NCBI GenBank assembly: GCA_041611735.1
Contig: JBFIML010000005.1
Span: 32,001 to 96,000, forward strand
Reading direction: 5' to 3'
Source: Myxococcota bacterium
GTDB lineage: Bacteria; Myxococcota_A; UBA9160; PR03
Length of the DNA stretch: 64,000 bases
Positions 22,063 to 31,926 of this stretch are shown one piece after another. The translations under genes and the position numbers were made by a program. The notes below the pieces were generated by a model. It ran no database searches, was not told the origin of the DNA, and saw nothing but the letters and a program-made list of their open reading frames with translations. Positions within the stretch are counted from its first letter, which is position 1; the number at the start of each line of letters is the position of its first letter.

Positions 22063-23412
22063 TCACGACAGCGGGACCTGCACATGGTACCGGGCCGGGC
22101 CCCGTTGAACCACGAGCAGGGCCCGGGAGCGTCCCCGCAGCTCGAGCACCGAGCTGCGCAGGGTCTCCTCGCCGGCCACGGCGCGGCCGTTGATGCCGAG
22201 CAGGCGGTCGCCGGCCCGCAGGCCGATGCGCTCCGCGCCGCTTCCGGGGCGCACCTTGGTGACCTGGAAGCCGCCGTGCGGATGCCCGGCGAGCCCGAGT
22301 CCGAGCAGGCGCTCTCCCAGGCGCAGGACCTCCGCTGGCGGAATCTCCAGGGCGCGCACGCGCAGCGTCCGGCGCGCACCCTCCCGCCACAGCTCGAGCG
22401 CCATCTCCTGGCCCGTGGTCGCTCGCTCCAGGATCTCGTAGAGCTCGCGCGGCGTACGGATGGGATGGCCGTCGAGGCCCACCACCAGGTCGCCTCGACG
22501 CACCCCGGCCCGGGCCGCCGGCGTGTCCGGGGCCACCCCGGCCACCAGGGCTCCGCGCAGCCCGGCGGGCAGCTCGAGCACGTCCTCCAGCGACGCGTCG
22601 AGACTCTGGAGCTCGAGCCCGAGCCAGACCGGCGCCACCTGGCCATGGGCGATGAGCTGCTCCACCACGCGGCGGGCGGTGTCGATCGGGATCGCGAAGC
22701 CGATGCCCTGGCCGTGGGCGTAGATGGCGGTGTTGATGCCGATCAGCCGACCGGTGGCGTCGAGCAGCGGCCCGCCGGAGTTGCCGGGGTTGATGGAGGC
22801 GTCGGTCTGGAGGAAGCCGTGGAAGACGCGGTCGTCGCTCCGGATCGAGCGGTCGAGGGCGGAGATCACGCCCGTCGTGACGGTGCTCGACAGGCCGAAC
22901 GGGTTGCCGATCGCGATCACCGGCTCCCCCACCATGAGGTCCGCGGAGCTTCCCGGTGCCGTCCAGGGCAGGGACTCCTCGCTCTGCACGCGCAGCACGG
23001 CCAGATCGTTGTTCGGGTCGGCGCCGACGAGCTCGGCGTCGTATTTCCGTCCGTCGGCGAGCGCCACCCGGATGCGGCTCGCCCGGGCCACCACGTGCTC
23101 GTTGGTGAGCACGTGGCGGGCGGCGTCGATGATCACGCCGGAGCCCAGGCTCTGGACCCGCCGCGAGACCCGGGGCTCGAAGAAGTCGCGGAAGAAGCGC
23201 TCGAAGAGCGGATCGCCTTCGAAGGGCGAGCGGAACGGCTGGCGCGCGGCCATCACCCGCTCGGTGGTGATGTTGACCACCGAGGGCCCCACCCGGCTCA
23301 CCGCCTCGACGGCCGCCGTGCGGCGCAGGAAGGGATCCGCTCCATGGGCTGCGGGCGGGACAGGGTTGGCGAGCCCACCGAGCAGGATGCCCATGGCGAC
23401 GAGGCCCCGCAT
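22063..23412 (-). CDS. HtrA family serine protease with PDZ domains
   Basis: Signal peptide; [26 protein letters not shown]; start approximate. Confidence 0.92.
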   Translation of the reverse strand: MRGLVAMGILLGGLANPVPPAAHGADPFLRRTAAVEAVSRVGPSVVNITTERVMAARQPFRSPFEGDPLFERFFRDFFEPRVSRRVQSLGSGVIIDAARHVLTNEHVVARASRIRVALADGRKYDAELVGADPNNDLAVLRVQSEESLPWTAPGSSADLMVGEPVIAIGNPFGLSSTVTTGVISALDRSIRSDDRVFHGFLQTDASINPGNSGGPLLDATGRLIGINTAIYAHGQGIGFAIPIDTARRVVEQLIAHGQVAPVWLGLELQSLDASLEDVLELPAGLRGALVAGVAPDTPAARAGVRRGDLVVGLDGHPIRTPRELYEILERATTGQEMALELWREGARRTLRVRALEIPPAEVLRLGERLLGLGLAGHPHGGFQVTKVRPGSGAERIGLRAGDRLLGINGRAVAGEETLRSSVLELRGRSRALLVVQRGPARYHVQVPLS

Positions 23413-23581
23413 GGCCTTGCGAGAGACGGGGATCGATGCGAAGGGATTCACCGTCCGGTCGGTCGCCATCGGCCCGGCCGGGGCGCATCCCGGCGCGCGG
23501 GCCGGCATGGGCGGTGAAAGGTACGACGCCGTCCGGCGTGCGGCAACGGCTCCGGACGAGGGCCCGCGAGAAGGGGAGCGG

Positions 23582-24748
23582 ATGCTCGATGCGGCGGCGA
23601 CCTGGCTGCGGGAGCGGCTCGGGCGGGAGCCGGAGCTGGCAGTCCGGGCGCCGGGCCGGGTCAACCTGATCGGCGAGCACACGGACTACAACCAGGGGCT
23701 CGTGCTGCCCTGCGCCATCGACCTGGAGCTGGTGGCCGTGGGGGCGCGCCGGGCCGACGGCCGCTTCCGGGTGGCCTCCCGCCAGGTGGGCGAGCCGGCG
23801 GAGTTCGACGCCGCGGCCCCGACCCGGGGCCGCGGCTGGCTGGACTACGTGCAGGGCGTGGTGGCCGCCTTCCGCGCCGCCGGGCTTCCCATCGTGGGTC
23901 TGGACCTGGCGCTGGTGAGCTCGCTGCCGCGCGAGGCCGGCCTCTCGAGCTCGGCGGCCCTCGAGCTGGCGGTGGCCACCGCCCTGGCGGAGGCCGCCGG
24001 CCTGGGTCTGGACGGCGCCGCCCGGGCGCGTCTCGCCCATCGGGCCGAGACGGACTTCGTGGGGGTTCCCTGCGGGCGCATGGACCAGCTGGCCTGCGCC
24101 CTCGGGCGCCGGGACCACGCGCTCCGCATCGACTGCCGCGACGACACGGTGGAGGCGATCCCGTTGCCGGGCCACCGCCTGGGGCTGCTGATCGCCGCTT
24201 CGGGTGTGCGACGCCAGCTGGCCAGTGGCGCCTACGCGCGCCGCCGGACCGAGTGCGCGGAGGGCCTGGCCCGGGCGCGGCAGGCGGGTGCGCTCCCGGG
24301 GGCGGCGCGCGCCTGGCGCGACGCCGGATCCGAGCAGCTCCCGGTCCTCCAGCGGGCTCTCGATCCCGTGCGCTTCCGGCGCGCGCGCCACGTGATCCGC
24401 GAGAACCAACGGGTGGAGGAGACCTGCGCCGCGCTCCGCACCGGCGACCTCCCGCGCGTCGGCGCGCTGCTGCGCGAGGGCATGGCCAGCCTGCGCGACG
24501 ACTTCGAGGTCAGCGTCCCCGAGCTCGACCTGCTCTGCGAGCTCGGCGACGCGACGCCGGGCTGCTTCGGGTCGCGCCTGACCGGCGCCGGCTTCGGCGG
24601 CTGCACCGTGCACCTGGTGGCACCGGCCCGGGCCGAAGCCGTGGCCGATGCGCTGCGCGCCGGCTTCGCGCGCCGCTTCGGGCGCGAGCCGCCGGTCTGG
24701 CCCGTGGTCGCGGCCGACGGCGCGGCGCCCCTTCCGCTGCCGTCCTAG
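23582..24748 (+). CDS. galK: Galactokinase
   Basis: APGRVNLIGEHTDYN; GLSSSAALE; CGRMDQ; GSRLTGAGFGGC; start approximate. Confidence 0.95.
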   Translation: MLDAAATWLRERLGREPELAVRAPGRVNLIGEHTDYNQGLVLPCAIDLELVAVGARRADGRFRVASRQVGEPAEFDAAAPTRGRGWLDYVQGVVAAFRAAGLPIVGLDLALVSSLPREAGLSSSAALELAVATALAEAAGLGLDGAARARLAHRAETDFVGVPCGRMDQLACALGRRDHALRIDCRDDTVEAIPLPGHRLGLLIAASGVRRQLASGAYARRRTECAEGLARARQAGALPGAARAWRDAGSEQLPVLQRALDPVRFRRARHVIRENQRVEETCAALRTGDLPRVGALLREGMASLRDDFEVSVPELDLLCELGDATPGCFGSRLTGAGFGGCTVHLVAPARAEAVADALRAGFARRFGREPPVWPVVAADGAAPLPLPS

Positions 24749-26133
24749 GGCGCCGGAGGGGCGGGCGCCGGTCGGGCGTGGGACGCCTCGCCGGCCCCGT
24801 CGCCTTCGGAGGCGGCCGGGGGCGACGGGGAGGCGCCGCGCTTCACCAGCAGGTACTTGGTCTCCTCGCCGCGCTGGGTCTCGATCAGGAAGCGGGCGCG
24901 GTCGGCCGCCCCGTCGATGGCCTTCCGGAAGTCCTCGAGGTCGTCCACGCCCTGGGTCTCGATGCGGCGGATCACGTCGCCGGGCAGCAGCCCCGCCTCC
25001 GCCGCCGGCGAGCCCCCGGCCACGAACGAGACGTAGGCCCCGAGCCGCGTGCCGAGCCGCTGGGTGCGGTAGACGTGCTCGGTGATCTCCTGGACGTGGA
25101 AGCCCACGTCCGTCTCCTGCTCGGCGGGGTCCACTTCGGGCTGCACGGCGAGGCGCACGCGCACCTCCTTGGGCTTTGCGTCGCGCAGCAGGGTGACGCC
25201 CGCTTCCTGGCCCGGCGGCACGCCGGCCACCAGGCGCTGGAAGCTGCCCAGGTCCTCGTCCTTCTCCGCCTCGACGCCCACTGCGTTGAAGTGGGTGATC
25301 ACGTCGCCCGCCCGCAGCCCGGCCTTGGCCGCCGGCGAGTCCGGTGTGACGCTGTTCACGATCACCCCGCTCGCCTTGGGAATGCGGAAGTACTCGGCCA
25401 GGTCGCGGTCCAGGGGTTGCATGGTGATGCCGAGCCAGCCGCGCTCGATGCCGCCCTCCTCGAGCTGGCGCATCACGTCCAGGGCCGTGTCCACCGGGAT
25501 CGTGAAGCCGATGCCGCGGCCCTGGCCGCGGGAATTGATTCCGATCACGCGGCCCTCGAGATCCACCAGCGGCCCGCCGGAGGAGCCGCGGTCGATCATG
25601 GCGTCGGTCTGGATGAAGTCGTTCAGCAGCTCGGGGATCTCGAGGTTGCGTCCCTTGGCGGAGACGATCCCGAACGAGACGGTGCCGTCCAGGCCGTAGG
25701 GGTTGCCCACCGCCAGGACCCACTGCCCCACCTGCACCTCGTCCACGTGCCCGAAGCTCGCTGCCGGGAGCGCGAAGTCCGGCTCGATGCGCAGCAGCGC
25801 GATATCGGTCTGCTTGTCGGTGCCCACCACCCGCGCCGGGTACTTCCGCTTCCGGCCGGGCACCGAGACGCTCACCTTCTCCGCCTTCTCCACCACGTGC
25901 TGGTTGGTGAGGATGCGCCCGTCCGGGCTGGCGATCAGGCCGGAGCCCGTCACCTTGTTGCGGCGGTCGTTCACCTTGACGATCGCCTCCACGTGCACGA
26001 CCGACGGGATCACGCGCTCCGAGATCTCGATGATGCGCTGCTGGAGCGTCTCCAGCTCCCCGGCGCTGGCGGCCGCGCGGGCGGCCCCCGGGAGCGTGAC
26101 GAGGCAGGCCAGCAGGAGGACGAGGCGCCGCAT
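24745..26133 (-). CDS. HtrA family serine protease with PDZ domains (divergent)
   Basis: Signal peptide; TNQHVV, DIALL, QTDAMIDRGSSGGPL. Confidence 0.9.
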   Translation of the reverse strand: MRRLVLLLACLVTLPGAARAAASAGELETLQQRIIEISERVIPSVVHVEAIVKVNDRRNKVTGSGLIASPDGRILTNQHVVEKAEKVSVSVPGRKRKYPARVVGTDKQTDIALLRIEPDFALPAASFGHVDEVQVGQWVLAVGNPYGLDGTVSFGIVSAKGRNLEIPELLNDFIQTDAMIDRGSSGGPLVDLEGRVIGINSRGQGRGIGFTIPVDTALDVMRQLEEGGIERGWLGITMQPLDRDLAEYFRIPKASGVIVNSVTPDSPAAKAGLRAGDVITHFNAVGVEAEKDEDLGSFQRLVAGVPPGQEAGVTLLRDAKPKEVRVRLAVQPEVDPAEQETDVGFHVQEITEHVYRTQRLGTRLGAYVSFVAGGSPAAEAGLLPGDVIRRIETQGVDDLEDFRKAIDGAADRARFLIETQRGEETKYLLVKRGASPSPPAASEGDGAGEASHARPAPAPPAP

Positions 26134-26143
26134 GGGGTCTCCT

Positions 26144-26797
26144 TCAGCCCGCGGCGTCGAGGGCGGCCCGCAGGGCCGCCGCCGCCGCGCCGGGATCGTC
26201 GCTGCCCAGGATCGCTCCGGTCACGGCCACGCCCGCCGCGCCCGCAGCCAGCGCCTGGGCGGCGTTGCTGGCGTCGATGCCGCCCTGGGCGAGCACGGGG
26301 ATGACCGCCCCACACGCCGCCGCCAGCGCGGCCAGGCCGAGCGGGGGGCGGGTGGCCGGCTTCGAGAGCGGGGCGAAGATCGGCGCGAGGTGTGCGTAGC
26401 CGGCGCCGGCGTCCGCCGCCGCCTGGACCTCCTGCGCGTCGTGGGCCGAGACGCCCACCCGCGCCGCCGCCGGCAGCAGCCCCCGCGCCGTCTCCGGCGC
26501 CAGGGCGTCGAAGCCCAGATGGACGCCGTCGGTCTCGGCCGCGAGGGCCACGTCGATGCGGCGATTCATCAAGATGCAGACTTTCCGTCCGCGTGCTTCG
26601 GCGGCCCGGCGCGCCGCCTTGACGACGCGGTCCGTGACGGCGAGCAACGCCCCGCCCGCCAGGTCCCGCTCCCGGATCTGTACCCAGTCCACCCCCGCTG
26701 CCACCGCCGCCGCCACCGCCTCCTCGAGGGGAGTGGGCGTCGCGTGGCGGTCCGTGACGAGGCAGAGCAGGGGGCGCGCGCGTTCAGAAGCTCGCAA
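26144..26797 (-). CDS. thiE: Thiamine phosphate synthase / TenI family
   Basis: [34 protein letters not shown]; in thi operon. Confidence 0.85.
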   Translation of the reverse strand: MRASERARPLLCLVTDRHATPTPLEEAVAAAVAAGVDWVQIRERDLAGGALLAVTDRVVKAARRAAEARGRKVCILMNRRIDVALAAETDGVHLGFDALAPETARGLLPAAARVGVSAHDAQEVQAAADAGAGYAHLAPIFAPLSKPATRPPLGLAALAAACGAVIPVLAQGGIDASNAAQALAAGAAGVAVTGAILGSDDPGAAAAALRAALDAAG

Positions 26798-27557
26798 GTC
26801 CGTCCAACGGGCTCGAGGCCGAGGCGTAGAGCCGGCGCGGGATGCGGCCCGCCTCGTAGGCGAGCCGGCCCGCCTCCACGGCCAGGCGCATGGCGCGGGC
26901 CATCTTGACCGGCTCCTTGGCGCCGGCGATGCCGGTGTTCATGAGCACCGCTGCGCAGCCGAGCTCCATGGCCTCCGAGGCGTCGCTCGCCGTGCCGACG
27001 CCCGCGTCCACGATCACCGGCACCTCCACGGTCTCCAGGATGATGCGCAGGTTGGCCGGATTGCGGATGCCGAGTCCGGAGCCGATGGGCGCTGCCAGGG
27101 GCATCACCGCCGCGCAGCCTAGCTCCGCGAGCCGCTGGCAGGCGACCGGGTCGTCGTTCACGTAGGGCAGCACCGTGAAGCCCTCGTCCACCAGCTGGCG
27201 CGCCGCCTGCAGGGTCGCGGGTACGTCGGGGAACAGGGTGCGGTCGTCCCCGATCACCTCGAGCTTGACGAGGCCGTGGCCGAAGAGCTCGCGCCCCAGG
27301 CGGGCGGTGCCGACCGCGTCCTCCACGGTCTTGCAACCGGCGGTGTTGGGCAGCACGGTCGTCCCTTCCGGCAGGAAGTCGAGCACCCCCTGGCCGCGCG
27401 GCGCCTTCAGGTCCAGGCGGCGCAGGGCCACGGTCACGAGCTGGGCGCCGCTCGCCTCCACGGCCGCGCGCTGCACGTCCAGGGACGGGTACTTTCCCGA
27501 GCCGACGATCAGGCGCGACGTGAAGCTGCGGCTACCGAGGTTGTAGGAGCCGGACAC
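26784..27557 (-). CDS. thiG: Thiazole synthase
   Basis: [45 protein letters not shown]. Confidence 0.97.
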   Translation of the reverse strand: MSGSYNLGSRSFTSRLIVGSGKYPSLDVQRAAVEASGAQLVTVALRRLDLKAPRGQGVLDFLPEGTTVLPNTAGCKTVEDAVGTARLGRELFGHGLVKLEVIGDDRTLFPDVPATLQAARQLVDEGFTVLPYVNDDPVACQRLAELGCAAVMPLAAPIGSGLGIRNPANLRIILETVEVPVIVDAGVGTASDASEAMELGCAAVLMNTGIAGAKEPVKMARAMRLAVEAGRLAYEAGRIPRRLYASASSPLDGLASF

Positions 27558-27560
27558 CGA

Positions 27561-27788
27561 TCAGCCTCCTCCGACGGCTTCCAGGATCTCGACGCGGTCG
27601 CCCGCCGCCAGGCGCCGGGAGCCAAACGCCGAGCGGGGCACGACCTCGCGGTTCACCGCCACGGCGATGCGGGCGCCCGCCACCCCGAGCTGGCGGACCA
27701 GGGCCGCCACGGTGCAGCCCGCGGCGACGCGCCGGGGCTCGCCGTTCACCCGCAGCTCCAGTTCGGGAAGGCCTTCGAGGTTGGACAC
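27561..27788 (-). CDS. thiS: Sulfur carrier protein ThiS
   Basis: VNGE..AVAVNREVVPR..GDRVEILEAVGGG C-terminus. Confidence 0.95.
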   Translation of the reverse strand: MSNLEGLPELELRVNGEPRRVAAGCTVAALVRQLGVAGARIAVAVNREVVPRSAFGSRRLAAGDRVEILEAVGGG

Positions 27789-27821
27789 GGTAGGCGTCAG
27801 GCTCGCGCGCGGAACTGCCGA

Positions 27822-27866
27822 AAGCTACCGGAGGAGCCCGGGAGGGTCAAATCGGGCTCCCGATTT
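27822..27866 (-). promoter_or_regulatory. thiSGE promoter with adjacent 8-2-8 palindrome
   Basis: TTGACC(27850-27845)-17 nt-TAGCTT(27827-27822); AAATCGGG-CT-CCCGATTT at 27849-27866. Confidence 0.65.
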
Positions 27867-27974
27867 CGGCCAGATTTCCAAGGGGTTGGATGCGGCGGGC
27901 CGGGGCCGGGGAGGGCGGGTGAGCCGGCGAGAAGCGAGGCGGGCCGGGGAGCGGGCGCCGCGGGAGGCTCTCCC

Positions 27975-28757
27975 GTGAGCGTGGCCGCCGCGGTCGGGCG
28001 CGTGGGTGGCATGGCCCTCGACGCGGTGCGGGGCTTCGGCGGGGGCACCCTGCTCCTCGGGCAAACCCTGGGCCGGCTCCTGCGGCCACCCTTCGTGGCG
28101 CCCCGCGGCCTGCTCGAGCAGTGCCTGCGGGTGGGCGTCGAGTCGGTCCCCGTGGTGCTGGTGACGGGCGCCTTCACGGGCATGGTGCTGGCCTTCGAGT
28201 CCGCCATCGCCTTCCGGCGCTTCGGCTCCGAGGACCTGATCGCCACGGTCGTCGCCCTGGCCGTGACCCGCGAGCTCGGCCCCGTGCTCACCGGCGTCAT
28301 GGTGGCCGGGCGGGTCGGGTCCGCCATGGCCGCCGAGCTCGGCAGCATGCGCATCACCGAGCAGATCGATGCGCTCGTGACCCTCGCCACGGACCCCGTG
28401 CGCTTCCTGGTGGTGCCGCGCGTCCTGGCGGCCACCCTGATGCTCCCCTGTCTGGTGCTCTTCGCCGACGCCATCGGCATCGTGGGTGGCTGGCTCGTGG
28501 GCGTGAAGGCGCTCGGCAACAACCCGGTCCTCTACGAGAAGCGCACGCTCCAGTACCTGGAGCTCGCGGACGTGAGCGTGGGTCTGGCCAAGGCGGCCGT
28601 CTTCGGCGCGACCCTCGCCCTGGTGGGCTGCTATCTGGGCTACACCGTGCGCGGCGGCGCGCGGGAGGTGGGCGTCGCGGTCACCCGCTCGGTGGTGGTC
28701 TCGCTGATCCTGATCCTGGTGTTCGACTACCTGCTCACCGCCTGGTTCTTCGGATGA
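27975..28757 (+). CDS. mlaE: MlaE-family ABC permease
   Basis: SD GGAGG + GTG; RELGPVLTG..AGRVGSAMAAELGSMRITEQIDAL; LVVPRVLA. Confidence 0.93.
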   Translation: MSVAAAVGRVGGMALDAVRGFGGGTLLLGQTLGRLLRPPFVAPRGLLEQCLRVGVESVPVVLVTGAFTGMVLAFESAIAFRRFGSEDLIATVVALAVTRELGPVLTGVMVAGRVGSAMAAELGSMRITEQIDALVTLATDPVRFLVVPRVLAATLMLPCLVLFADAIGIVGGWLVGVKALGNNPVLYEKRTLQYLELADVSVGLAKAAVFGATLALVGCYLGYTVRGGAREVGVAVTRSVVVSLILILVFDYLLTAWFFG

Positions 28758-29533
28758 GCGCGCCGGCCGCGGCGCCCGCGGCCTCGGAGGCGGCGAGCTT
28801 CCTCCAGGTCCGCAAGGCGTACGGGGAGCGCCAGGTGCTCGACGGGCTGAGCCTCGTCGTCCCCGCCCAGCGCATCCTGGTGGTGATGGGGAGCAGCGGC
28901 GTGGGCAAGTCGACCCTGTTGCGGCTGCTGCTCGGGCTCGAGCCCTACGACGCGGGCTCCCTGCGCCTGCTCGGCCACGAGGTGGCCCGCCTCGGCCCCG
29001 AGGCCCACGCCCGTCTCATGCTGCGCGTCGGCATGCTGTTCCAGTTCGGCGCGTTGTTCGACTCGATGACGGTGGGCGAGAACGTGGGCTTCGCGCTCTC
29101 CCACGTGCGTCGCCTGCCTCGGTCCGAGACGCGTCGCATCGTGCGGGAGACGCTGCTGCTGGTCGGCCTCAAGAACGTGGAGCAGCTGCGTCCCTCCGAG
29201 ATCTCGGGCGGCATGCGCAAGCGGGTGGCCCTGGCACGGGCCATTGCCCACCGGCCCGAGGTGCTGCTGGTGGACGAGCCCACCAGCGGGCTCGACCCGG
29301 TGACGGCCGACGCCATCGGGCAGCTGATCGTCCAGCTGCGCAACCGCCTCGGCGTCAGCGTGCTGGCCATCAGCCACGACGTTCAGCTCGCCTTCCGGAT
29401 CGCCGATCGGATCTCGATGCTGCACCGCGGCCGGATCGTGGCGGAGGGGGCACCGGAGGAGATGAGGAGCTCGCCCAACGAGGTGGTGCGGCAGTTCCTG
29501 GCCGGACGGGCCCACGGCCCGATCCCGGTCTGA
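28754..29533 (+). CDS. mlaF: MlaF-family ABC ATPase
   Basis: GSSGVGKST; FQFGALFDSMTVGENV; ISGGMRKRVALARA; DEPTSGLDP. Confidence 0.93.
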   Translation: MSAPAAAPAASEAASFLQVRKAYGERQVLDGLSLVVPAQRILVVMGSSGVGKSTLLRLLLGLEPYDAGSLRLLGHEVARLGPEAHARLMLRVGMLFQFGALFDSMTVGENVGFALSHVRRLPRSETRRIVRETLLLVGLKNVEQLRPSEISGGMRKRVALARAIAHRPEVLLVDEPTSGLDPVTADAIGQLIVQLRNRLGVSVLAISHDVQLAFRIADRISMLHRGRIVAEGAPEEMRSSPNEVVRQFLAGRAHGPIPV

Positions 29534-29542
29534 GGAGGCGGC

Positions 29543-30460
29543 ATGGGGGAACAGCGCGCCGAGCTCTGGGTGGGGGCCACCGTCCTGGCCGCCCTGGCGC
29601 TCTTCCTCTACGCCACCTTCCGGGTCGGCGGCTGCGCGTGGGTGGAGGTCCCGGGCCGCCGCCTGGTGGCGCGCTTCGACGACGCGGCCGGGGTCGAGCT
29701 GCGCACCGAGGTGACCGTGGCGGGCGTGCGCGTCGGCGAGGTGGAGTCCGTGCGCCTCGATGGCGGCCGCGCCCGCGTGACGCTCCGCATCGAGGAAACG
29801 GGCCTGGAGCTGCCGGTGGACTCCGTGGCGCGCATCCGCTCCCGGGGCCTGCTCGGCGAGCGCCAGGTGGAGATCGTCCCCGGCGGCTCGCAGCAGCTGC
29901 TGGGCGACGGCGACGTGCTGACCCGGACCGTGGATGCCGCCAACGTGGACCGGCTGCTGGACCAGCTGGCGGGGGTGGCCGACGACGTGAAGACCGTGAC
30001 TCGCACCTTGCGCCTGGTCCTGGGCGGCTCGGAGGGGGAGGCCCACCTGGCGGAGATCGTCCAGAACGTGCACGCCGTCTCCCAGGAGCTGCGTGGCTTC
30101 GTGGAGGACAACCGCGGCCAGCTGGCGGGCGCCATCGCGAGCTTCGACCGCTTCGCCGCCGAGCTGGCGCGCCTCACCGAGGAGAATGGGCAGACCCTCG
30201 ACCAGATGCTGGGCCGCTTCGCCCGGGTCTCCGGGGAGATGGAGACGGCGGTCGGGCGTCTCGCCGCGGTGAGCGAGCGCGTGGAGCGCGGCGAGGGGAG
30301 CCTGGGCAAGCTCCTGAACGACGAGGAGCTCTACGACTCCGCGCGCGACTCCCTGGCCGAACTGCGGGAAGCCCTGCGGGAGGTGCGTCGCGCGGCCGAG
30401 GACGCCCAGGAGCAGCTCCCGGTCACCGTGCTGGGCTCGATGGTCGGGACGCTCTTCTGA
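29543..30460 (+). CDS. mlaD: MCE/MlaD family protein with long helical C-terminus
   Basis: N-terminal [30 protein letters not shown]; coiled coil ending [13 protein letters not shown]. Confidence 0.9.
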   Translation: MGEQRAELWVGATVLAALALFLYATFRVGGCAWVEVPGRRLVARFDDAAGVELRTEVTVAGVRVGEVESVRLDGGRARVTLRIEETGLELPVDSVARIRSRGLLGERQVEIVPGGSQQLLGDGDVLTRTVDAANVDRLLDQLAGVADDVKTVTRTLRLVLGGSEGEAHLAEIVQNVHAVSQELRGFVEDNRGQLAGAIASFDRFAAELARLTEENGQTLDQMLGRFARVSGEMETAVGRLAAVSERVERGEGSLGKLLNDEELYDSARDSLAELREALREVRRAAEDAQEQLPVTVLGSMVGTLF

Positions 30461-31875
30461 TGGAGGGGCCCGCCCGGCGGCTCGTACCCCTGGTGGCGGG
30501 CCTGCTGGCGGTGCTCGCCCCGGGCGGCCCGGCCGCGGGCTTCGAGCTCTGGCCCCTGGTCGTCGGCGACGAGCGTCCCGTGGCCGGGATCGCGCGCCGG
30601 CGCGCCGCCGGCCCGCTCTTCGAGTCCTTCGAGCTGGCGGACGGGACGCGCGGCTGGATGCTGCGGCCGCTGCTGGGCGGGCTCGAGGCGGGTGGGCGCT
30701 CCCGGCTCGAGTTCCTCTACCCGCTCGGCGCCTTCCAGCGCGGCGAGCCGGGCTGGAGCCTGCGCGTGACCCCGCTCCTCGACATCCAGGGGGGCGGCGG
30801 CGACGGACCGGAAGCGGCCGACGGTACCGGGACGCGCCGCTCCGCCTGGACGGTCGGGCCCGCCTTCGGCGGCCGCACTCCGCAGGGGCAGCGCTACGGC
30901 GGCCTCTTCCCGCTGGGTGGCGTGGCCCGCGAGCGCTTCGGCCTGGCGCGCCTCGACTTCTGGCTGTTCCCCCTCTTCGCCCGCGCCCGCCATCGCGACG
31001 GGTTCGAGCGCACCTATCTGTTGTGGCCGTTCCTCTCCTGGGGCCACGGCGGCGGTCGCCGCCTGCTGCGCATCTGGCCCTTCTACGGCCACGACGTGAA
31101 GCAGGACCGCTTCGAGCGTCGCTTCGCAATCTGGCCCCTGGTGCACTGGCGCAACGAGGACCCGGGCGGACCGGGCCAGCGGCAGGTGCGGCTTTTCCTG
31201 CCCTTCTACGGCGAGAGCCGTTCCGCCCGCGCCCGCTCGCAGTTCGTGCTGGGTCCCCTCCACCTGGCCAGCGAGAACCAGCAGACCGGCGAGCGCTCCC
31301 GGGCCTGGTTGTGGCCGCTGGTTCGCTTCGCCCGGCGGCCGGCCCGCGACGGCTTCGCCGGGTCGCGGGAGCTGCGCGTCGAGCCCTTCGTGCGCCGGGT
31401 GAAGACGCCCGGCAGCACGCGCACGCGGTTCGCCCTGGGCGCCGTCGAGCGGTACGTGGCCGAGGACGACGACGGCACTCGCAGCGGCTGGCGCCTGCTC
31501 TGGATCTCACGCTTCGCCCACGAGCGGCGCGCCGACGCGAGCGAGGGCTGGAAGCGCGACCTCTGGCCCGTGTTCCGATACCGCGCCGAGCACCCCGCCG
31601 ACGCGCCGCCCCGGGGCCGCCTGGCGATCCCCTGGCTGCTGCCCGTGGGCGGGGAGGGCTTCCAGCGCCACTGGCTCGACGCCGTCACGGTCTACGAGCG
31701 TCGCTGGAGCGACGCAGAGTCCCGCAACGACTGGCTGTGGGGACTCGTGCGCAGCCAGGCGACTCCGTCCGGGGTCTTCCACGACGTGGCCGGCGTGCTG
31801 CGCTGGGAGCGGCCGCGCGCGGACGCTGGAGCCGTCGTCGGCGGCCCCTCCGCCCCGCAAGCGCAGGTCGATTGA
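30460..31875 (+). CDS. Secreted hypothetical protein with aromatic-Pro (xWP[LF]) repeats
   Basis: ATG overlaps the mlaD stop; signal peptide; repeated FLYPL/GLFPL/WLFPL/LLWPF/RIWPF/AIWPL/WLWPL/DLWPV. Confidence 0.8.
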   Translation: MEGPARRLVPLVAGLLAVLAPGGPAAGFELWPLVVGDERPVAGIARRRAAGPLFESFELADGTRGWMLRPLLGGLEAGGRSRLEFLYPLGAFQRGEPGWSLRVTPLLDIQGGGGDGPEAADGTGTRRSAWTVGPAFGGRTPQGQRYGGLFPLGGVARERFGLARLDFWLFPLFARARHRDGFERTYLLWPFLSWGHGGGRRLLRIWPFYGHDVKQDRFERRFAIWPLVHWRNEDPGGPGQRQVRLFLPFYGESRSARARSQFVLGPLHLASENQQTGERSRAWLWPLVRFARRPARDGFAGSRELRVEPFVRRVKTPGSTRTRFALGAVERYVAEDDDGTRSGWRLLWISRFAHERRADASEGWKRDLWPVFRYRAEHPADAPPRGRLAIPWLLPVGGEGFQRHWLDAVTVYERRWSDAESRNDWLWGLVRSQATPSGVFHDVAGVLRWERPRADAGAVVGGPSAPQAQVD

Positions 31876-31900
31876 CGCGAACCGGGGCCGCCGGTACACC
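31872..31900 (+). promoter_or_regulatory. Sigma70-type promoter of purH
   Basis: TTGACG-17 nt-TACACC; SD GAGGAGG follows. Confidence 0.6.
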
Positions 31901-31926
31901 TGCCTCGTCCCATCGAGGAGGTTGCG

